Counted from the stretch's first letter, positions 25,504-40,120 are shown. The stretch is DNA of 64,000 bases from Octopus sinensis (GCF_006345805.1 NC_043014.1:32736001-32800000); one strand, 5' to 3'. Notes: generated by a model from the letters alone, not told the origin. Numbers and translations are program-made.

Positions 25504-25630
25504 CTCTCTACTTATTTATCTTTCTATCTCTCTACTTATTTATCTATCCATCTATTTATTTATCTATCTATCTACCCATCTATTTATTTATCTATCTATC
25601 CATATATCTATCTATCTATTTATTTATTTA
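25350..25630. repeat. (TATC)n tetranucleotide microsatellite
   Basis: Direct reading. Confidence 0.95.
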
Positions 25631-26371
25631 TCTATACATTCATATACATACATATATATATTTACACACATGTACATACACACACATTCTTACACACACA
25701 TCATGTGATCTAGGTCATATAATCTTTTCATCAACATAGGCATTTTGCATTCTTATAAAGAACGTAAATATTCTGTAACCTTCATGTTTAATAAAACTAT
25801 ACTATGAAATCCAAACATATTTTCTATATAATTTGGGCTTTTTTTTTTACCTAAGAAATGACTCCACTACACAGAAAAATCAGAGAGAAAGAAACCACTC
25901 CAAAAGGAGGTCAATACCAATGCATGGATTATTTCATGTTGTCTGTATGTATGGTTATATAGAATAATTAAAGAATGTCTCACACACTATCTTATACATA
26001 TGCACACACACACACATACAAAATGTACATATGTTATAATGCATATATATGCATATGCATGTGTGTGTGTACATACATATATATACACATACATATACAT
26101 ATATATACATGTATAAACATGTATATATGTATATATATGTATATATACATATATATATATACACATGCACACATATACATATCCATCTATATCTAACTAT
26201 ATATACATATATAGAGAGATATCTATATACAGACCTATATATATTATATAATATATATATATATAATATATACATATATATCTATATCTGTCTATCTATC
26301 TATCTAATATATATACCTATATATATATAATATATATACATATATATCTATATACAGACCTATATATATAT

Positions 26372-26420
<49 letters not shown>

Positions 26421-26438
26421 GTATATATATATATAATG

Positions 26439-26472
<34 letters not shown>

Positions 26473-26486
26473 TACATACATACATG

Positions 26487-26517
<31 letters not shown>

Positions 26518-26842
26518 CTATTATATATATATATATTATATATCTGCATATATGTTTGTACATATAATGTGTGTGTGTATGTGTGTAAAGACACATAGAA
26601 AATACACACAGAAACACATATACATATAGGGGGAGGGCTAGACACATTAATAAAACAGACACATTACCATATATAGAAACTATATATCCACATAAGCTAA
26701 ACCAACACTCACTCACATTTTCGCATAAAAGCAACAATATTAGCATGTGTATATATTTATGTATGTGTGTATATATAAATATAAATATATATATATACGC
26801 ACATACATATACATGCATATATATATATTTATGTATGTGTGT

Positions 26843-26873
<31 letters not shown>

Positions 26874-26918
26874 CGCACATACATATACATATATATATAT
26901 ATATATGTATATATATAT

Positions 26919-26978
<60 letters not shown>

Positions 26979-27033
26979 TAATATATATATATATATATTA
27001 TATATATATATATATAATTATATATATATATGT

Positions 27034-27071
<38 letters not shown>

Positions 27072-27409
27072 TATATCAATATATATATATATGTATATGT
27101 ATATATATATATGTATATTTATATATATATATATATATACATCAAAAGATAAATAAATACGCATATAAATGCACAGTATGCACATATATGTATACTAAAT
27201 CACACAACTTCATACACATGAGCATAGACACGCCTACACGCCCCCACACTCACACTCACACCCACACACTAGGAGAACCAAAACACAACAGTAATATAAA
27301 CTGAACAATTGACCTTCAATTACTTACCAGAGCTAAATAATGAGTCATCTTCCCATGATGCTCTACATTAAGAGAAGACGTTGGGAATGGGGAAGGGGGT
27401 TATGTTGCT

Positions 27410-27810
27410 CATCAAGGTGATGATGATGACGACGACGACGATGCCGACGATGATGATGATGATGGTATTGATAATAATTAGAATGATGGCAAAGCTTGAC
27501 AATGATTGTTTTAGCAGAGGTGGTTGTGGTGGTGGTGGTGGTGGTGGTGGTGGTGGTGGTGGTGGTGGTGGTGGTGGTGGTGGTGGTTGGTGGTGGTGGT
27601 GGTGGCGGCGGTGGTGGCGGCGGCGATGGCAGTGTTGGTGGTGGTGGTGGTGGTGTTGAGTAAGAGGAGGAAGGGGAGGAGGAAGAGAACAATGGTTGTG
27701 ATAGTGAGGATGATGTTGATGGTGATGATGGTGATGGTTTAAAATGATAATGATGTGTTGATGATGATCATGCTGATGATCACTACCACTACCATTACCA
27801 CAAACACTAT
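27410..27810. repeat. Compound (GAT)/(GAC)/(GGT)/(GGC) array
   Basis: Direct reading; source of poly-P/T/G/W ORFs. Confidence 0.95.
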
Positions 27811-27899
27811 TGTCATTCCCTACAACCATCGTCACCTTCCTGACATGGTCTAAACACTAAGCTGAAAGTATTTATTATTCACCTTTGGATCTACTATAT

Positions 27900-28260
27900 A
27901 ATGGATTCTGTTGTCATGAACGACAAATTAGGGTTCAGTAAAATAAAGCAGCAATCATGCTCTATCGACAGAAATGTGTCTCTTGAGGCCTGCTGGTGCC
28001 TTGCAAATCTTTTGGCAAATGGAACTAGTTGAGCACTCAGTTTGCTTAAGTGCTTGTGGATCATTTACTATGTGTTTCCTTGAGTGGACGGCAAGGCCTA
28101 CTTTGCTTTGTGCTACAAAACAACAACAACAGGTAAGGGTTCCATTTAGAGAAGCAGTGTTTTGCCAGTGTGCCTTCATGCTCGTACAAAGTTGATCCCA
28201 ATGTTGGAGTTGACTTTGTCCAAACCTTTGAACAGAGGAGAAGTAGGATGGCGCCAGGTC
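27900..28260 (-). pseudogene. Probable LINE ORF2 C-terminal fragment with two degenerate C2H2-like fingers
   Basis: C..CF.AQSKVGLAVHSRKH and CQKICKAPAGLKRH patterns, like RTE-group C-terminal fingers. Confidence 0.5.
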
Positions 28261-28307
28261 CTGTGTTCTGGTGCTTTATTTTCCCAAGGAGAAAAGAGAA
28301 TCATCAT

Positions 28308-29122
28308 CATCATCATCATTGTTTAATGTCCACTTTCCATGCTGGCATGGGTTGGACGGTTGACTGAGGACTAGTGAGCCAGATGGCTGCACGAGGCTCC
28401 AATCTGATGGCAGAGTTTCTACAGCTGGATGCTCTTCCTAATGCCAGCCACTCTGAGAGTGGGTGCTTTTATGTGCCACTAGCACGAGGGTCAGTCAGGT
28501 GGTACTGGCAACGTCCACGCTCAAATGATGCATTTTACATTCCACCTGCACAGGAGTCAGTCCAGAGGTACTGGCAACGACCTCACTCGAATGTTGTTTT
28601 TCATGTGCCACCAGCACAAGTGCCAGTAAGGCGACACTGGTAACGATCATGCTCAAATGGTGCTTTTTGGGAGCCAGTCAGTGGCCTTGTCAACTATCAT
28701 GAACAGATGGTGTTCTTAGCATTCCACTAGCACGGATGCCAGTCATGCGATGCTGTCATTGGCCACGTCAGCAAATTTGATTTTGATTTCACTTGCCTCA
28801 ACAGGTCTTCGCAAATAGAGTTTAGTATCCAATGAAAGAAAGGTACACATAAGTGGGCTGGTTACATCACTGGATTAGGTCATGGATTATGGTCTTACTT
28901 GGCTTGCTGGGTCTTCTCAAGCACAGCATATTTCCAAAGGTCTCGGTCACTAGTCATTGCCTCGGTGAGGCCTAATGTTTGGAGGTTGAGCTTCACCACC
29001 TCATCCCAGGTCTTCTTGGGTCTACCTCTTTCACAGGATCCTTCAGCCACTAGGATGTGACGCTTTTACACACCGCTATCCTCATCCATTCTCACCACAT
29101 GACCATACCAATGCAGTCGTCA
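28308..29122 (-). mobile_element. RTE-clade LINE 3' fragment with (GAT)n tail
   Basis: Minus: RRLHWYGHVVRMDED...GRPKKTWDEVV...DRDLWKYAVLEKT, followed by the shared 3' UTR. Confidence 0.85.
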
Positions 29123-29167
29123 CTCACATACACACACACATATACATGTATATAACAAATGTACATA

Positions 29168-29800
29168 TACAGGATGCAGTGAATAAACTGTCATCTAAAT
29201 TATGCAAAAATGAAAATAACACTGACATCTCATTTTAACAGATATATTTACCAAAATTACATAAAAATATCATGAAATACTAAAGAGTAAATTTATTCAA
29301 TAAAAGCGTCATTGGCTTCAAGTACGGTCTTCAGACGCCTATGGAATCTCCTGCAGCTCTTCTAGACTGTTCCCTTGTTTAAGTTGGTGAATACTGCCAT
29401 AATCCTTGTCTTCAGTTCATCTTTGGTGTCACAAGAAATTTTGTTGGTCTCTCACTCAACTGCACTCCACATGTAATAATCAAGTGAGTTGCAATCTAGG
29501 GAGTTAGATGGCCAGATGTTAGGGGTGATGTGGTCACAGAAATTGTCTGACAGCCACGACTGGGTTCTCTTGCTTGTGTGGCATGGTGCAGAGTCTTGTT
29601 GCCATACATGGAGTCTTCCAGCAGCCACCCTCTTGACCCAGGGCAGCACTATCTCCTCCAGGCACTTGATGTAGACCTCTGTGTTGAATTTAAAATTGTG
29701 CGGGAAGGTGAATGGAGGCATAACATCGCCATCCCTAGTGATCACTCCAAACACCATGATGTTGACTGGATGTATGATTTTTATGACTCAGTACATGTCC
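29168..29800 (-). mobile_element. Tc1/mariner transposase catalytic-domain fragment with terminal repeat
   Basis: ORF 29452-29757: VMPPFTF...WQQDSAPCHTSKRTQ...WPSNSLDCNSLDYYMW; terminus tacaggatgcagtgaataaactgtc also at 55778. Confidence 0.9.
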
Positions 29801-30069
29801 TCAGACTGACACTCACATAATCTGAAATGTTCGTATTGGAACTTCATTGGAACTTCATAATCTGAAATGTTCGTATTGGTACTTCAAACTGTACAGCATG
29901 TTGTTTCCAAATTTCTGGCAGTATGAATTGCGACATGGTGCTGTTTTTCTCACAGATGATGTCCAGTTGACTCTGCAATACTGTGTAGCTGGCAAAATCA
30001 AAAACAAACAATGTGCTTGCACAAAACTGAAAATACAAAATGGTGACAATTTACCCATTACACCCTGTG

Positions 30070-30100
<31 letters not shown>

Positions 30101-30217
30101 TGGCCTGCTCGCTTAGCCAGCAGGGTGGCATCATTTAAAGGTTAAAACAATGCGAAACGCATTGTGACCAGCGATGTGTAGCAACATGTGATAGCCTGGT
30201 CGGTCACGGCGATCACA

Positions 30218-30260
<43 letters not shown>

Positions 30261-30285
30261 GTGTGTGTGTGTGTGTGTGTATGTG

Positions 30286-30318
<33 letters not shown>

Positions 30319-30614
30319 TAGAAGGCTTGGAGATGATGTACAGGTTTTATATATTAGAAGAAATAAGGTACTCAAAAATGTGGATGGTTTTATATTTACA
30401 GATAATTATTAGTATGTTACATGTTTTTATAAATCATATATCATATATTAGTGCTTTCATCCACTCTAGTGGAGTTGTCAAATTGAACTTTTGCAGGGAT
30501 TTTGTCTCTTTTTATAGTATTATTGAGTGTGTAGGTGTGGGGAGAGATATAAGATAGTAGAAGAGGGTGAGGAATGAGGAGAAAGTGGGGGAGAGAGCAT
30601 GTGTGTGTGTGTGT

Positions 30615-31098
30615 GTTTGTTTGTATCTGAAAGAGTGTTAAAGAAAAAGGGAAGGAAAGGAAGAAGGAGAGAAAGAAGAAAAAATTTGTTGATATCTTTG
30701 CAGCTGGTCAGTCTTCCAATAGTAAATGATTCTTGGCTTTTAGAAATGGCAAACCCTGCTGGTCACTCCAAGGGGGGCAAAATGTCACTTTTCAAAAAAT
30801 TGTTTGGATTTCTTTTTATCATTGTCTTGTAAGAGAGTGTGTGTGTGTGTGTGTGTGTGCGCACATGTGTGTGGGGGTCTGCATATCTGAAAGGAGTGTC
30901 AAATGGAAAAGAGAATAAAAGGAAGGAGGAGAGAAAGAAGAAGAAATGTATTTACATTTTTGAAACTGGTCAGTCTTTCAATAGTAAATGATTCTTGGGT
31001 TTTAGAAAAGGCAAACCCAGCTGGCCACTTCAAGGGGGGCAAAATGTCACTTCTCAAAAAATTGTCTGGATTTCTTTTTATCACTGTTCTGTGAGAGA

Positions 31099-31137
<39 letters not shown>

Positions 31138-31300
31138 CGTGTGTGTATGTGTGTGCATGCGTGTGTGTGTACACGTGTGTGTGTGGATACCTGAGTATCT
31201 GAAAGGGGTGTCGATGGAGGAGGGAAGAAAGAAGAAAGAGAGGAAGAAGAAATTATTGTGTTGATATCTATACCACTGTTCACTTCTTTCAATCCAATGT
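30615..31300. repeat. Diverged tandem repeat, ~2.4 units of ~270-310 bp separated by (TG)n
   Basis: tatctgaaag...ggtcagtctt.caatagtaaatgattcttgg...aaggggggcaaaatgtcact recurs at ~30620, 30885 and partially at 31195. Confidence 0.85.
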
Positions 31301-31622
31301 TTGATACTTGTGCTGATATGGGTTGAAGAATCTGGATGAAAGATTGTTTTTATTTATGTATATGTACATATATATAGTACTCTGTGTGTGTGTGTGTGTG
31401 TGTGGTGTGTATGTGTGTGTGTGTGTGTGTGTTTAATACAATTTACTTTAGAAAATTGGTCCTTCATCTAGCACAAATTATTATAGAAATACTTTCAACC
31501 ATTCAATTTGGGGGAGAACTTTGTTATCTTATATATCTATATATATAAACATAAACATGCGTATATATCATATATATACATACATACATATATATATATA
31601 TCTATGCATGCATGTATGTATA

Positions 31623-32775
31623 TTCATCGTTCGTTCAACGTCCGTTCTCCATGCTAGCATGGGTTGGACGGTTCGACCGGGGTTCTGGGAAGCCAGAAGG
31701 CTTGCACCAGGCTCCAGTCTAATCTGGCAATGTTTCTACAGCTGGATGCCCTTCCTAACGCCAACCCTCGTGAGTGTAGTGGGTGCTTTTTACGTGCCAC
31801 CACCACAGGTGCCAGCGGGGCTGGCAATGGCCACGGTCAGATTGTGTATTTTATGTGCCACCAGCACGGAAGCCAGTCGAGGCGGTGCTGGCATCGGCCA
31901 CGAGTCGGATAGTGCTTTTACGTACCACCAGACCAGGGATCCTGGCTGGTTCAATTCGATTTCGATTTCGCTTGCCCCAACATGTCTTCACAAGCAAAGG
32001 GGGTTGGCATGGGTGCCTGTCATACGGTCGCATTGGAGTATTTTACGTGCCACGGCCACGAGTCGGATAGTGCTTTTACGTACCACCAGGCCAGGGATCC
32101 TGGCTGGTTCAATTCGGTTTCGATTTCGATTTCGCTTGCCCCAACATGTCTTCGCAAGCATGGGGTTTGGCATGGGTGTCTGTTGTCGGAGAGGTTCTAT
32201 ATCGACTTCGCTTGCCTCAACAGGTCTTTGTGTCCAAGGGAGGAAAGGCATTCATAAGTGGGCTGGGCTCACTTGTCCTGCCTGGTCTTCTCACGTACAG
32301 AATATTTCAAAGGTCTCGGTCGCTGGTCATTTCCTCAGTGAGGCCTAAAGTTCGAAGGTCGTGCTTCACCACCTCGTCCCAGGTTTTCCTGGGTCTACCT
32401 CTTCCACGGTTCCCTCAACTGCTAGGGATTGGCACTTTCTCACACACCTATCTCATCCATTCTTGCCACATACCATACCAGCGCAATCGTCTCTCTTGCA
32501 CACCACAACTGATGCTTCTTAGGTACAACATTTCTCTCAAGGTGCTAACGCTCTGTCGAGTATGTACACTGACATTACACATCCATCGGAGCATACTGGC
32601 TTCATTCCTCACGAGCTTACGCATGTCCTCAGCAGTCACGGCCCATGTTTCGCTGCCATGTAGTATGGCTGTTCGTACACACGCATCATACAGTCTGCCT
32701 TTTACTCTGAGCGAGAGGCCTTTAGTCACCAGCAGAGGTAAGAGCTCCCTAAACTTTGCCCAGGCTATTCTTATT

Positions 32776-32778
<3 letters not shown>
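31623..32778 (-). mobile_element. 5'-truncated RTE-clade LINE
   Basis: [16 protein letters not shown]...[17 protein letters not shown]...RRLRWYG; 3' UTR with an internal duplication (31899 and 32055); (TA)n on the 5' side. Confidence 0.92.
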
Positions 32779-32823
<45 letters not shown>

Positions 32824-32828
32824 ATATT

Positions 32829-32947
<119 letters not shown>

Positions 32948-33005
32948 ATATTATATATATATATATTATATATATATATATATATATATCTATATATATA
33001 TATAT

Positions 33006-33042
<37 letters not shown>

Positions 33043-33046
33043 CAAG

Positions 33047-33368
33047 TGAAGGCACGTGGCTTAGTGGTTAGGGCATTTGGCTCACAATCATAAGGTTGAG
33101 AGTTCAATTCCCAGCAATGTGTTGTGTCCTTGAGCAAGACACTTTATTTCACATTGCTCCAGTCCACTCAGCTAACAAAATTAAGTTGTACCTATATTTC
33201 AAAGGGCCAGCCTTGTCACACCCTGTGTCATGCTGAATCCCCTTGAGAACTACGTTAAGGGTATACATGTCTGTGGAGTTCTCAGCCAATTGCACATTAA
33301 TTTCATGAGCAAGCTGTTCTGCTGATCATATCAGCTGGAACCCTCATCATCATAACTGACAGTGCTCC
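33047..33368 (+). mobile_element. tRNA-derived SINE, family C
   Basis: ggcacgtggcttagtggttagggc...gagttcaattccc head plus shared body. Confidence 0.8.
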
Positions 33369-33369
33369 T

Positions 33370-33409
<40 letters not shown>

Positions 33410-35154
33410 TATATACACATATATCTATTTACACACACAGAGATTTATGCCCCCCCCCCAGGCTCTCATGCTGGTGGCATGTAAGAAGCACCATCTGAAT
33501 GTGGTTGATGCCAGTGCCGCCTAACTTGTTCCCATGCTGGTGGCACATAAAAAGCACCCACTACAATCTCGGAGTGGTAAGTGTTAGGAAGGGCATCCAG
33601 CTGTAGAAACCTTGCCAGATTACATTGGAGTCTGGTGCAGCCTACTGGCTTGCTATTCCTCAGTCAAACCAGCCAACTCATGCTAGCATGGAAAATGGAC
33701 TTTAAATGAAATATCTTCTTAACTACCATACTATTATCAATAAACTATTATGTATCATAAATATATTGAATGTGTTTATTTATATATATGTATGTGGTAA
33801 TAACGTTTTTTCTTTTTAAGGAATGCTTGCATTCAAGAAAACATGTACATTTGAGTTTGTTGTATGTTAACCTACATCTACGTCAAAATGTAACTTCCTT
33901 TTGGAAATTCTCCCTGAAGAAATACCCAATTGACTGGTTTCAAATGTGGAAATTTGAATTAAAGTTTTTTTTTCTTGTAATTGAACTGATTGAGTGTGGA
34001 AACAGTTGTGGGCAGGAATTTCTCAACATGAATTTGAATATCTTTGACTAAATAACGGCTGTACATAAATTTTTCCATTTTCTTCCTATTTTTCATTCAT
34101 ATAAATATATATATATATATGTGTATGTATGCATGTATATGTATATTTTTATGTGTGTCTGTGTCTGTGTTTGTCCTCATGCCATCACTTGATAACACTA
34201 AAGCTGATGTGTTTATGTCCCTGTAACTTAGCAGTTCAGCAAAAAAGAACGATAGAATAAGTATTAGGCTTACAAAGAATAAGTTCTGGGGTCAATTTCT
34301 TCAACTAAAACCCTTTAAAACAGTGTTGCAGTACAGCTACAGTTAAATGACTGAAACATGTAAAAGAACAAAAGAAAAAAGAATATATTTAAGATAATCT
34401 ATCCCACAGGAATAATGAGTTAAAAACAGAACCTATGTCAGCTTGCAGGTACAGCATGAAAGTTTTGCTATCTCTCTGTTGCACAACAGTCCAACCAACA
34501 ACGGCATCACAGATTATATGTCATCCTGCCATTTTGTGCTTTGCTTCAACAACTTCAACATAAGTCCATTGAAGTGTTCTATGTTCAAATTCCTGAATAC
34601 TAAAGTGGAATCATGGTATGAAAAGTATCTGAGTAATTATGTCTATGATTGAGTGTGTGTGTGTGTGTCTTTGATTTTATGATTTTATGTTCATATTCAT
34701 TTTTCTATTCTTGTGCATGAAGTGTATTCTTGCGCATATGTGTGTGTGTGTGTCTGAGTTTGTGTGCTGGCTTAGATACATTCTTTTCCCACCCTGTCCA
34801 TCCCTGATATCCCACCTCCCGCCTCCACCGCTACCACCACCTTCCTAGTCAGTGCCATCAATTACAGACCATTACTTTCAGCAAGACAATAAGAGGTATA
34901 TTCACTGAAATTAGATGGTCTTCTAATTTATCATCAAGCCTCTATACAATTGTTTGATAAAACCTATTTAGAAGGGAATCAAAACATAAAGGCAGACTAC
35001 CAGTTTGTAGTGGTGGTGTTGCTGGTGGTGGTGGTGTTGCAGGTGGTGGTGATGGTAGTGAGTAGGAGGAGGAGGAGAGCTGGTGATACCAGTAGTGGTA
35101 GTAGTGGTGCTATTGTTATTATTGGTGGTGGAGGTGGGATGGAAAAGAAGTCTT

Positions 35155-35192
<38 letters not shown>

Positions 35193-35364
35193 TCATGCAT
35201 GTGATTAGAAATACATGCATACATATACTTACACACAGAAGACAATATATATGTTCATATACACACACACATACATACATGTATGTATATATATATATAA
35301 GATATATTATATATCTATATATATATTATAATATATTATTATATATGTATATATATATATATGC

Positions 35365-35404
<40 letters not shown>

Positions 35405-35413
35405 ATAATAATT

Positions 35414-35453
<40 letters not shown>

Positions 35454-36934
35454 AAAAGACATGTATTTCTATATTTGTCTGTACAAATATGAATATATGT
35501 CAATATAGGTGAACAACACACACATACACACATTATATGTGTATGTATATATATATTATATATATATATATATATAGATATATATATATATAAAATATAT
35601 AATATGTATATGTGTGTGTGTATGATGTTTGTATGTGTATGTGTGTGTATATATATTAAGTCTGTATGAATATGTTATCTACATATATTTATATATATAT
35701 ATATGATTATATATACCCATACATAAATAACACATATCAATACTTGAAAGACAATCATTTTCGCTCATTTGCAAAATTTAAGGCTTACTCTTAAAATTAA
35801 CCGCCAAAAGGAAAAGCTAAAACATTGATATATATATATATATATATACATACATATTTATATATATATATGTGTGTGTGTATATGTATATTTATATATA
35901 TACATATTTAAAACGTATACAGTAGCTATATAAATCAGAAAGGACAGCAAATAAAGATAAGAACAACTCTAAATTAAAGAAAAGAAATATGGCAAAATCA
36001 TAAATTAAAGAAAAAAATCAAAGATGGGAAAACAGAGAATGGAAAACAGTAATGGGGAACTAAAGGAAGGAATGTGGTGAGGATCAGAAATGGTGAGAAA
36101 TTGGTGAAATGAAAAATGTGAAGGGAATAATAGGAATTGAAAGGGAAAGATGTAAAATGAATGGAGAGTAAAAAATAGAGGTGAATGTGTAAGAAGAAAT
36201 ATGGAGAAGGGAAAGATATGGGGAGAATGATAATAAAAAGTGAAAGATGGAGGAGGCAGGAGAAGGAACAGGGAAAAATGGTGAAATGAAACACTTGTTT
36301 TAGTCATTGGATGACAGCCATGCAGGAGCAATGTATTATAAGGTTATAGTTGAACAGATTGGCTTCAGTGCTTATTTTGTGGAACCACTTAGTTATGAGG
36401 GCGTAAACAGATCAACACCACTTGTCAAATAGTGGAGATCAGGACAAACACAGAGGCACATACACACACATAAACATAGACACACAAACTCACACACATA
36501 CATAAACACATATATACATACATTCTTTCTCTCACACACACAAACACACATAAACATAAACACACAAACTCACACACATACATAAACACATAAACACACA
36601 AACTCACACACATACATAAACACATATATACATACATTCTTTCTTTCACACACACAAACACACATAAACATATATGTATATCATATATCTTTTACTTGTT
36701 TCAGTCAAAGACTGCAGCCATGCTTGGGCACTGCCTTGAAGGATTTTAGTCAAACAGATTGACCTCAGTACTTATTTTTTCTTAAAGTCTGGTACTTATT
36801 CTATCAGTTTCTTTTGGTGAACTTCTAAGTCATTACATAGAAATCAACAAACTAACACTGATTACCTGGCAGTGCGTGTGCGTGGAGACAAAAATATTGA
36901 CACAAAGACTCACAGACATAAATGTGTATCATCA

Positions 36935-37250
36935 TCATCATCATTTAACGTCCGTTTTCCATGCTAGCATGGGTTGGACGGTTTGACCGAGGTCTGGGAA
37001 GCCAGGAGCTGCACCAGGCTCCAGTCTGATCTGGCAGTGTTTCTATAGCCAGATGCCCTTCCTAATGCCAACCACTCCATGAGTGTAGTGGATGCTTTTT
37101 ACGTGCCACCGGCACAGGGGCCAAAGGAGGCTGGCAACAGCCACAATCGGTTGGTGTTTTTTACGTGCCACCAACACGGACGCCAGTCAAGACGGCACTG
37201 GCATCAGTCATGTTCGGATGGTGCTTTTTACATGCCACCGGCACAGGTAT
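36935..37250 (-). mobile_element. RTE-related 3' tail with (GAT)n
   Basis: catcatcatttaacgtccgttttccatgctagcatgggttggacgg; same family at 38020, 48315, 59060, 63610. Confidence 0.8.
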
Positions 37251-37577
37251 CACAGCTACAATTTCCATTTGATTTATATTTTGTTGTTGATGTACTTGAC
37301 TCAACAGGTCTTCTAAAGGACAGCAGGTCACCCTACGATCCAAGGTAAGTACAGCAGGCCATTCTGTGAGCCATGAACTCTCTTTATTTGTCAGGTATTC
37401 GCAGTCACAGCATATCTCCAGAAGTTTCGGTCTTTCATCATTGCCTCTAAGAAAAATGGGATTAAAAGTCCTGGCAGATATCAAGTAAACACTCAGTATA
37501 AAAGAATGAGGTTAAATTTCCAACAGGTAGATGTTTGTAGAATAAAAAATCTCAGGTAGAAATTCTGGGCATTTAGC

Positions 37578-37665
37578 AACAACCAATAATATGTACAAAA
37601 AGTCATATCGTTATAGTAGATCTACAAAAAAGATATGATTTTCTTCATACATATTATTGGTTGTT
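37578..37665. other. Long hairpin: perfect 18-bp outer stem plus ~11-bp inner stem
   Basis: aacaaccaataatatgta / tacatattattggttgtt; aaaagtcatatc / gatatgatttt. Confidence 0.85.
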
Positions 37666-37860
37666 ATTTTTTCTCCTTTTTATTATAGTAATAACTGTAT
37701 ATTAATCTGTTTATCCCTATAAATTGAGAGAATTCTCACAATATATCATTGATAACACCAGTTGATCTCTGGATTTTTTATAATCCCTAAAGAGGACACT
37801 ATATTCTCAAATGACTGACTATAAATAAATATATATGCTATCCCAAGTAAAACATTTTGA

Positions 37861-37941
37861 AACTCTGATGATGCTATAGGGTAATACACAAGCACTCAAC
37901 TGTGAGTGCATTGTATCTTATAGCTGAAACAGATGTAAGCT
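37861..37941 (+). ncRNA. Hammerhead motif with extended stem II and eroded stem I
   Basis: AACU-CUGAUGA-U-GCUAUAGG..AUACA..GCACUCA-ACUG-UGAGUGC..UGUAU-CUUAUAGC-U-GAAA-CA-GA-UG-U-A-AGCU. Confidence 0.7.
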
Positions 37942-38239
37942 AGTGAAATTCATGATATATTTTCTTATTCACTGGTCATTTTCATTATGTGTGTGTGTGT
38001 ATGTACACACATGTTTGTATCACACAGATGGCACCCATGCTGGTGTCACATGAAAGCACCAATTACACTCTCAGAGTGGTTAGCATTAGGAAGAGCATCT
38101 AGCCATAGAAAACCATGCCAAATCAGACTGGAGTCTGGTGCAGCCTTCCAGCATGCCAGCCCAGTAAAACCGTCCAATCCTTGCCAGCATGGACAACAGA
38201 CGTTAAATGATGATGATGATATATATATATATATATAAA

Positions 38240-38272
<33 letters not shown>

Positions 38273-38421
38273 GTATATATATATGTTATATATATATATA
38301 TATATATACTAGGCTTACAAAGAGTAAGTCCTGGAGTTGATTTCTTCAACTAAAAGAGGTGTTCCAGCATAGGTGTAGTTAAATGACTGAAACAAGTAAA
38401 AGAATAAAAGAATACATACAC

Positions 38422-38455
<34 letters not shown>

Positions 38456-39384
38456 GAAAAAATCAACCCCAGGACTTATTCTTTATAAGCCTAGTACTTA
38501 TTCTATCAAGCAATGGTGGAGGAACAAACACAGACACTTGAACATATATATATATATACACACAACGAGCTTCTTTCAGTTTCCGTCCACCAAATCCACT
38601 CACAAGGCTTTGGTCAGCTCGAGGCTATAGTAAAGACACTTACCCAATATATATATATTGAGACCATATCATTGGGAAACAAGCTTCTTAACCTTCACCT
38701 AAATGAAGAGAGAAAAATATGGGCTGGCACAATGGCAACATCATAAATCTAAAACAGGAGTAAGAATCAGAGAGAAGAATTGATTGACAAAACTGGAGAA
38801 CCAGAACAGGGCTTTGTGAAATAAGAAAGGGGAAAAAAATTGACTGAGGATAATGAGGAAACAGAATGGCAAAGACATAGAAGGACTGTATGTAGGAGGA
38901 GTAATAAAGAAAAACAGAGAGCGGTAAAGGTAATGGAGAATTATAGAATAGAAAATGGAGAAGAAAGTGGGGTGAAAAGTGAATATAGAGTGGGGTAGAA
39001 ATAGAGGAGGGTGAAAATGAAGAGCTGATAGTGTATCGGGGAAATAGCTAAAGATTGTTTTTTTTTTCCATTTTGTTTTTGTTTTTGTTTTTTTTTGTTG
39101 CATTTTTTTTTTTTTATATTATTAAATAAGTTGTAATAACTGTAATGAAAGACTTCATGTTATTTTTGAATCCATTCATACCCATTATCTGGCTTTTGAA
39201 ATAGGTAGTCAGATGCTATTGTTAAAGAATGAACTGACCTTCTCTATAACACACTCATCACACTCACAAGCACACAACTTCACGCACTCACACATACACA
39301 CATATATTTCTCTTTCCCCTACATACATATTTACACACATACATACATACATGCGTGCATATATATATATACATATATATATAT

Positions 39385-39427
<43 letters not shown>

Positions 39428-39881
39428 ATATGTATGTATGTATGTATAATATATATATGTGTATATGTATCTGTGTGTATGTATTCACTCAGACGAACAC
39501 ACATAAACACACACACAAACATACACTCATACACACACATACACACACACATACACATAAATATCATCATCCTCATCATTTAACAGTCATGTTCCATGCT
39601 TGTATGGTTTCTATGACTGGATGCCCATCCTAACACCAACCACTTTACAGTGTGTACTTTTCTATGGCACTAATGAGGTTGCTATACATCTCACAACACC
39701 AGAAAACCCAACGAGGCAGTGATTTCTGCTAGGAGATGAGGGCAAAAGCATGAGAATAGGATGGGACAGAGCAAGTTTTTGTTGTGTAGGGGCTATGTGG
39801 ATACTCATATTTAGGGGAGAGTGATAAATGAATCAGTAGTAGCTGCAAAAAGACTAATAGTGTTAAAGAAGTGTCCAGGCG

Positions 39882-40120
39882 TGAAGGCAGAGAGCTGACA
39901 GAAACGTTAGCATGCTGGGCGAAATGCTTAGCGGTATTTCGTCTGTCATTAAGTTCTGAGTTCAAATTCCACCGAGGTCAACTTTGCCTTTCATCCTTTC
40001 GGGGTCAATAAATTAAGTACCAGTTATGCACTTGGGTTGATATAATCGACTTAATCCCTTTGTCTGTCCTTGATTGTCCCCTCTATGTTTAGCCCCTTGT
40101 GGGCAATAAAGAAATAAGAA
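39882..40120 (+). mobile_element. tRNA-derived SINE, family B, full length
   Basis: gaaggcagagagctgacagaaacgttagc...gagttcaaattcc...gtgggcaataaagaaata. Confidence 0.85.

Noticed and set aside
25975-27304. Many overlapping Y/I/C/V/M-rich ORFs here and throughout the window
   Set aside because: Translations of (TA)n, (CA)n, (TACA)n and (TATC)n tracts.
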